A stretch of 64,000 nt of DNA, from positions 42,408,001-42,472,000 of the forward strand of contig OX597832.1 in the NCBI GenBank assembly GCA_951406725.2, written 5' to 3'. The notes under the pieces are model-generated. The model saw only the letters and a program-made list of their open reading frames with translations, was not told the DNA's origin and ran no database searches. How positions within the stretch are numbered: the first letter of the stretch is position 1; every line of letters starts with the position of its first letter. Source of the stretch: Octopus vulgaris (taxonomy: Eukaryota). Shown piece by piece: positions 55,777 through 64,000 of the stretch. A program made the position numbers and the translations under genes.

Positions 55777-55927
55777 CTTTATTTAAAAGCAGCAGAAATA
55801 TAACAAAAGCTGTTACTCAGAGTTTCACGTTCCCGTTCGTCGGACCGTTTTGTTAACAGTCCGACGAACGGGAACGTGAAACTCTGAGTAACAGCTTTTG
55901 TTATATTTCTGCTGCTTTTAAATAAAG
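55777..55927. repeat. Perfect 69-bp-arm palindrome, 13-bp spacer
   Basis: 55777-55845 is the exact reverse complement of 55859-55927. Confidence 0.95.
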
Positions 55928-55950
55928 TATATATATATATATATATATAT

Positions 55951-56019
<69 letters not shown>

Positions 56020-56065
56020 TATGTATTATTCTATAACAAAACTAATATTGACTGTAACTTCGGAC

Positions 56066-56106
56066 AGTCTGATGATGTCTTAGTTGGCCGAAACCTGTAA
56101 GTCACT
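56066..56106 (+). ncRNA. Putative minimal type I hammerhead ribozyme (PLE-associated, degenerate helix II)
   Basis: AGT-CTGATGA-T-GTCTTAGTTGGCC-GAAA-C-CTGTAA-G-TC-ACT, followed by AATAAA. Confidence 0.55.
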
Positions 56107-56241
56107 ATTAATAAATGTTCCTGTTAAAGAATACATTTGTATTCTGACAAATCTATTGAGTAATCCTTCAATTTAAGCTAAAATTGTTTTCATTACTACA
56201 AAAACAATCGTTAATATATACTACTACTACTGCTACTACTT

Positions 56242-56281
<40 letters not shown>

Positions 56282-56844
56282 ATCTAAGCCCACCCAAGTC
56301 CAGCCGACACACACACACACATCTCTCATGCTCCCATCATCCTATCTATATTTCACCAACCCGTAGCGTCTGCACTAGAAAAAAAACTTTAATGCCGTCA
56401 TTGTGACCCGTTCCCATCTCCCCTTCATTCCTGGGAGCTCCAACACCACCACCACCACCATCACGATCACCACCACCACGATCACCACCACCACCACGGC
56501 TCTGCGCCAAAGATTTCTTTACGATCGAAGACCTGTAGTAGTTCAAACTGAAAAATCTACCACATCGACGCAGTGCAAGAGAATCTACGGAGGTGATGGG
56601 AAGCTACCCCTCCTCCATTGATTAATTAAAGATTTTCAATATTAAAGGCATGTCCCAGCATGGCCGTAGTTCAATAACTGAAAAGAAAGGTCACGCGTTT
56701 CCTATAGAGAAAGGTCACAAAAATCAACCCCCGTGGTTGACTATAACTATTATATTTCATTAACCTTTGGAAAGACGAAGTTGAACTTAGCGGGATTTGA
56801 ACTCAGATCTTTGACTAATTGATCTTTTCTTTTTTCTTAGGGTT

Positions 56845-57050
56845 TTACTTTTAACCTTCTTCAGTTATTGGACAGCGGCCATGCTGGGGCACCTACTTGG
56901 TGTATTTAGTCGACCAATTCTGCTCTATTATGGATTTTTAGAGCTTATTTTTAATTCTACTGATCTTTTAGGTCGAATCGCTAAGTTATGGAAACGTAAA
57001 CAAACCAACAGCGATTATCAAGCGGTCGTGGAGGGGATCGAACACACACA
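56845..57050 (-). mobile_element. Degenerate SINE family A
   Basis: GCGGCCATGCTGGGGCACC...CGCTAAGTTA...TCAAGCGG. Confidence 0.65.
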
Positions 57051-57079
57051 CACACACACGTATATATATATATATATAT

Positions 57080-57211
57080 TAATCAGCCGAAATTACTACG
57101 ATGATCCGGTTCTTGACTGAAGACTGAGGGTTTCGAATGTCCTGTCCGTGTTTATTGTGTCGTCTTCTAAGAGTTATACGTTCTTGTCCATGTTGTATTT
57201 TTCTACATACC

Positions 57212-57215
<4 letters not shown>
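57080..57215 (+). mobile_element. Family H4 element embedded in (TA)n
   Basis: Homologous to 21963-22130; (TA)n on both sides. Confidence 0.65.
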
Positions 57216-57251
<36 letters not shown>

Positions 57252-57381
57252 GGGCTTTCCCACAGTTTATGCGCGTAGCTTAGTAGCTGGGTGTTGGACT
57301 CATGATCGTAAGATTGTGGTTCCGATTCTTAGACCGAGCAAGTGTGCATATTTTCAGCTCAACCGACCATATAATACACAC

Positions 57382-57451
<70 letters not shown>

Positions 57452-57457
<6 letters not shown>

Positions 57458-57559
57458 TGAATTGAAGAAATGGAGCTGAACGAAGATTGAACAGAAATCG
57501 TTTAATAAAACGATTTCTGTTCAATCTTCGTTCAGCTCCATTTCTTCAATTCACCAATA
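57452..57559. repeat. Perfect 52-bp-arm palindrome, 4-bp spacer
   Basis: 57452-57503 is the reverse complement of 57508-57559. Confidence 0.95.
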
Positions 57560-57710
57560 ATATTTTAATTTCAATTATCCGCACCAACGCACGGTTGCAA
57601 CACCATATGGTTGTACCTCCAACCGTGCTGTCTTCTGCTGTGATTTTTGCTACCAAGGTATCGGTTAAACTTTTGATTAATCTGCTACAAGATTATTCAT
57701 CTTTCTATTT

Positions 57711-57751
<41 letters not shown>

Positions 57752-57811
57752 GCATTAAATATATATATGTACATATATACGCATTATATATATATATATA
57801 TATATGCATGC

Positions 57812-57861
<50 letters not shown>

Positions 57862-57862
57862 G

Positions 57863-58148
<286 letters not shown>

Positions 58149-58173
58149 ATACGTACATACATGCATACATACA

Positions 58174-58252
<79 letters not shown>

Positions 58253-58796
58253 GGGTGGGGGCGCTGGCAGAATCATTAGAGCGTCGGAAAACGCTTTGCT
58301 GTATTTCTTCCAGTTCTTAATATTCAGGGTTCAAATACCGCCAAAGTGAAGGTCGCCTTTCATCATTTCCATAAAATACCAGTCACATACGAAGGTTCAC
58401 TGGCATTGACTTGACCCTTAACCTTACCTTAAGAATTACTGACCCTGTGCCATTATCCATTATCCATTATCCAAAAGTTCTTGGCTGCTGCCCCACTTAC
58501 TTGACCAAACGGTAAAAATGAAAGAAAAGGTAGTTCCATAGGATTATTGGTTTACCAAAATGAGCCATATTGGTTAAATTCCTGGAAGCCATTGGTATAG
58601 TGGCTCTGTCGCTGATTTGGTATTTGTTTAGTTAAATACATAACGAAGAGAGAATGAATGCTTGGCGTATAAGCCGATAGATGCCCAGTTAACCAGACTA
58701 CATCCTAGATAGACAGACAGATAGATAGATAGATAGATGGATAGATAGATAGATAGATAGATAGATGGATAGATGGATAGATAGATAGATAGATAT

Positions 58797-58925
58797 GTTT
58801 CTTTATTAACCACACAGGGCTGCACACAGACAGGACAAATTACAAGGTAGAGCTTTTCTTTTGGGGGTAAAAAGGGGGTTTGGTTTTCGATCAAAAGGGA
58901 TCGTAAAAGGAAAGAAAGAGGACAA
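58797..58925 (-). mobile_element. Putative retroelement 3' end inserted in (GATA)n
   Basis: Complex 129 bp bounded by (GATA)n; minus strand ends CCTTGTAATTTGTCCTGTCTGTGTGCAGCCCTGTGTGGTTAATAAAGAAAC. Confidence 0.55.
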
Positions 58926-58997
58926 GATAGATAGATAGATTGATAGATAAATAGATAAATAAAGATAGATAGATAGATGGCAGATAGATAGATAGAC

Positions 58998-59058
<61 letters not shown>

Positions 59059-59407
59059 CGTGGATTGATAGATAGACTGACTGAGAGATGTGTATACACG
59101 CATACATATACACACATAGAAATGAAGAGAGAGATAAATAGATATACATAGATAGGGAAAGAGAGAAAAGGGTTGTTGTATGAAAGTAAGGTGGAGAGAG
59201 GGAGGGAGGGAGAGAAAGTGAGAGAGATAGGAGAGACAGAGAGATGCATAGAGAGAGAAAGATGGAGAGAAATATATAAGAATAGGTGAGAGGCGGAGTA
59301 AATAGAGTTGTTGTTATTAAGGGTGGGGGGGAGACAGTGCCGGGTATGTGTCACCATATTATACTCTTCACTGCACCAGCGAGATTAACAGCTGAATCAT
59401 GGCTATT

Positions 59408-60260
59408 ACCACTTCCACCAACACCACCACCAACACCACCAACGACACCACTAAGCCACCACCAAGCCACCACCACCACCACCACCACCACCACCACCAC
59501 CACCACCACCACCACCACCACCACCACCACCACCACCACCACCACCACCAAGCCACCACCACCACCACCACCACCACCACCACCACCACCACCAACGACA
59601 CCACCAAGCCACCACCACCACCACCACCACCAAAACCACCCACCGCCACCACCGCCGTCGCCACCACCGCCGCCGCCACCGCCGCAGCCGCCACCACTGC
59701 TTATATTACGAATACCAACATCATCACATCTAGCACCAGCACCAATACCATTATCACCACCATAACGAATTCTGCTACTATTGCCACTACTACTACTATA
59801 ACCACCACTGCCACCACCACCACCACCTCTACTACAGCTCTTTCTACTACTACTGCTACCAGCATCAATAACCCCATCACCATCATCACCAACTCCACGA
59901 ACACAACTACAACTGTAGCTACACGGTCAGTGCGCCCCCACCACGACCACCACTCCACCTTCACCGATACCTCTCCATCCTCACATACACACAGCACAAG
60001 CGACAGTACCACAACGGCGACGACGACGACTACTACCACCACCACCACTACCACAACACCATGACCACCACCACCACCAGCAACACCACCACCACCACCA
60101 GCAGCAGCAGCAGCACCACCACCACCACCACCACCACCAACAACATCACCACCACTACCACCACCACTACCACTACAACTACCACCATCACACCGCCACC
60201 ACCACTACTACCACTGTTCATACCGCCACCGCCACCGCCTCCCTACTACTACCGCAGCAA
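59408..60260. repeat. (CAC)n-rich low-complexity tract
   Basis: Direct reading. Confidence 0.9.
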
Positions 60261-60587
60261 CACCGGCGGCCATGTTGACTATAAGAACATATGTTATCCC
60301 CACTGAGTTTCTTCTGAATGGGTGTTCTTCCGTCGACACATCACGTGTTGTCTGATTTCGTTTTTCTTTCGGGGGTGGCGGCGGAGGCAAAGGCGGGTAG
60401 GAGGAGGAGGGCTATATAAATGTAGTAACTATGGCGGCGCCGGGTGGGGGTGTGTGGAGAAGTGTTTCTGTTTTAGACATTGGGGATCTAAGGTGGGTGG
60501 ATGGCGGATGGCGGTTGGTGGATGGTTTACGTTACCAAGGGAGGGGGGGTGTCGAGGATTTGTTGTTGCTGTTGCTGCTATCGTGAA

Positions 60588-60728
60588 GGGTGCGTGGCTT
60601 TAGTGGTTACGGTATTCGGCTACCAATCGTAAGGCCGTGAGTTTGAAAACCGGCAGCGTGTTGTGACCTTGAGCAAGACACTTTATTTTACATTGCTCAA
60701 GTCCACTCAGCTGGTAAAAATGAGTAGT
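60588..60728 (+). mobile_element. SINE family C, 5' part
   Basis: GCGTGGCTTTAGTGGTTA..GACCTTGAGCAAGACACTT..GTCCACTCAGCTGG. Confidence 0.75.
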
Positions 60729-61417
60729 TTCAGTGGTCAGTGCAGATTCGAACCGAACGAAGGGCTCGACCCAAAGCTAAACATGTCATACTGAATGCAT
60801 GTTGGCTTTTTTTTTCTTTCAGTGCCTAATATATTTTGACAAAGCAGCCAAAGCTTTCCTTTCAGAATCAACAATGAAAACTGATGCCGGTAGATCCGAG
60901 TCTTAAATGTATGCTTAGTTAATCCAATCTAACACCCTCGCGTAAAGTTGTCTCTTAATTTCGTCTTATCGCAGCATAACCAATGATATTTGTTTTAGAC
61001 AATTATTACCAAAACAGATTTTGATTGACACAGATATATGCAGATACGAAATATAGAATTTGAAATAATTGCTCCTAGAGAACCGCTTAACGAAATAATA
61101 TATAGAACAACCCACTTTTAACACTTAACGATTTCCTGGTATTTATGGTTCGTAGGAAAATGATAGGAGACCAAGCAAATGCCAAGCCAAGAAACTCTTT
61201 TACTGCGGTAGTTTTATATTCCAACTGACTACCGGCTTGCACCACAGAATTTCCGCCTTCTGAGCCTGCGTTTCTTGACTTAAGATGCTGGTAGCATAAC
61301 TTATGTAATCTGGTGCAATCTAGGACAGTGTTACAATAATGAGAGATACCGAATGCAATATATATATATATATATATTGCATATATATATATATATATAT
61401 ATACATATACAGACATA

Positions 61418-61483
<66 letters not shown>

Positions 61484-61580
61484 TTCAGCAAAATTTAGAT
61501 TCAGATGAATATGGTACTTAAGTCAAAGGCACCAGAATTTTGTATGGTATTATCCATATAAATCAATGGGGTGATTATAA

Positions 61581-61696
61581 TCAAAATAAGCAACAAGTAT
61601 ATCCGAGGTAGAGTGTACAATTGTTTCAGTGTTTAATAAAATGAAGTAGCATGAAACAATTGTACCACTCTACCTCGGATATACTTGTTATTTATT

Positions 61697-61700
<4 letters not shown>
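61581..61700. repeat. Near-perfect ~48-bp-arm inverted repeat at the end of a (TA)n-embedded element (61481-61700)
   Basis: TCAAAATAA..TATCCGAGGTAGAGTG.TACAATTGTTTCA inverted with TGAAACAATTGTACCACTCTACCTCGGATA..TTATTTTGA. Confidence 0.9.
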
Positions 61701-61746
<46 letters not shown>

Positions 61747-62345
61747 ACTAAAAATTCAATAATAGGAACATTCATTATACAACTAAACTACTTCTGGGCT
61801 AAAGAAGGAAAAATTTCTTTCGGTTGAATTTCAGTCACATTGCACGGGTTGACACGAAGCTATATAAAATGATATTCGCTAACATACCACATGGTAAAAT
61901 CGAACTGCATACCCCATGTGTGTGTACCTCGTGCATGAGAAGGCAATGCATATGTGCATGTGTATAGATTCCTTGTGAGGGAATTTCGCCGATGGAATCT
62001 TGTCATATGCACGTGTGTGTGAGTGTGCATGCATGTGTGTGTGTGTGTGTGTGTGTGTGTGCCCCTCAAATGTTAGGTCTTGGATTTTTAAAAATATGAT
62101 AGTCAGCATTAGAAAACAACTTACTAATACTTAAACAGCTTAAATAAACGTTTAAATATAAAAATAAGTCGAGTAGGGTGTTTGTATATATTCCGTCTCT
62201 GAATAATATTTATCACTAAAATAATCATTTTTTGTAAACGTTTCATCTCTGAACTCCAGATATCCACCAAATCAAAAGGACATACACACACACACACACA
62301 CACATTATCAGTTTCAGCTCCAGAGCTGTGGCTATGTGTATATAA

Positions 62346-62469
<124 letters not shown>

Positions 62470-62900
62470 TATATGTATATATGTATGTATGTATGTATGT
62501 ATCTATCTATATATATATATATATATACATATGCATATATAAATATACATACATATACATATATATATACATACATATACATATATATATATACATATAT
62601 ATACATATATAAATATATGTATTTATATACACATAAATGCATACGTATATAAATATACACATACATATGTATATGTGTATAACTTATATGTATATGTGTA
62701 TAACATTCGTATAATGTGTGTGCACGCGCGGTTGTGTGTAAGGGGTGCACACTTCTGCCCCATATCTCTACGAGCGACTGAGTCTGTGTATATTTCTGTT
62801 GAAGAAAACATCCGAACGAGTTAAAACTAGTTAAGAGTCGTGATGCCAAATTTTTTTATGTATCAGATTTCGATAACAATCTCGCTTTCTTTCTCTCTCT

Positions 62901-62947
<47 letters not shown>

Positions 62948-63083
62948 CATATACACACAAGCACTTCAGACCCCAAACAGAAGTTCTACATGAATACATA
63001 TGCAGGCTCTTGTACCATTGTGCTTATTCCTCAATAAGCCATTTTAAAATGACGGTGGTGACCTTGAAGTCTGCGCGTGCGTG

Positions 63084-63129
<46 letters not shown>

Positions 63130-63399
63130 GATTTAGTGCATGCAAATATGTGTGTGTGTGTGTGTATAATTTGTGTATGCGTGTATATGTATAGTTCATT
63201 ATAATTGGAAGCTCAGACATGTTGAAAGAGATGGAACATCGTATATATCCTGTCTACCAATATATACTGGTTCCTGTTTATACGGCAGTCTGTCTGTCTG
63301 TCTCTCTGTTTGCATGTCTATTTGCCTGTCTGCATGTGTGAATATTTGCCTGTCTGTCTGCCTGACTGTTTGACTATCGGTCTGTGTGTGTGTGTGTGT

Positions 63400-64000
63400 G
63401 TATCTGTGCCTATGGGCCTATTTGTCTATCTGTATGTGTGCCTATATGTCTACCTGTCTATCTGTATGTGTGCCTATGTGTCTACCTGTCTATCTGTATG
63501 TGTGCCTATGGGCCTATCTGTCTATCTGTATGTGTGTCTATGGGCCTACCTGTCTATCTGTGCCTATGGGCTTATCTGTACGTGTGCCTATGTGTCTACC
63601 TGTCTATCTGTATGTGTGCCTATGGGCCTATCTGTCTATCTGTATGTGTGTCTATGGGCCTACCTGTCTATCTGTGCCTATGGGCTTATCTGTATGTGTG
63701 CCTATGTGTCTACCTGTCTATCTGTATGTGTGCCTATGTGTCTACCTGTCTATCTGTATGTGTGCCTATGTGTCTACCTGTCTATATGTATGTGTGCCTA
63801 TGTGTCTACCTGTCTATCTGTATGTGTGCCTATGTGTCTCCCTGTCTATCTGTATGTGTGCCTATGTATCTACCTGTCTATCTGTATGTGTGCCTATGTG
63901 TCTACCTGTCTATCTGTATGTGTACCTATGTGTCTACCTGTCTATCTGTATGTGTGCCTATGTGTCTACCTGTCTATCTGTATGTGTGCCTATGTGTCTA
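63400..64000. repeat. 32-bp minisatellite (TATCTGTATGTGTGCCTATGTGTCTACCTGTC), runs off the window end
   Basis: Period of 32 read directly (e.g. 63721 and 63753). Confidence 0.92.

Noticed and set aside
59286-60306. Thr/Pro/His-rich ORFs
   Set aside because: (CAC)n low complexity; the same applies to 54158-55070
60748-60780. CCGAACGAAGGGCTCGACCCAAAGC hammerhead-like remnant
   Set aside because: Lacks GAAA and helix I; too degenerate to count

Overview
AT-rich, extremely microsatellite-dense eukaryotic DNA with no recognisable host protein-coding exon, rRNA, true tRNA or CRISPR array. The repeat repertoire resembles an octopus (coleoid cephalopod) intron or intergenic region; this is inference from repeat style, not a database match. 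Nearly all long ORFs in the track are microsatellite artefacts. Real content: at least three tRNA-derived SINE families (about 35 copies, several with clear TSDs), a truncated mariner transposase, a fragmented Penelope-like (Neptune-type) RT/GIY-YIG relic with nested insertions, RTE and CR1-group LINE 3' ends, a non-autonomous Helitron, several MITEs/foldbacks and minisatellites. The most interesting signal is a set of short non-coding elements embedded in or beside (TA)n tracts that carry a minimal hammerhead-ribozyme-like fold. Helices I/II covary, but the cores are non-canonical (CUGUNGA, CCGACGA, CCAACGA, GUGAACA) and helix III is ultra-short and palindromic; some copies sit inside long perfect palindromes. 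These look like microsatellite-targeting, Penelope-derived non-autonomous retroelements. Two apparent SINE/partner-LINE shared 3' tails are also visible within the window.
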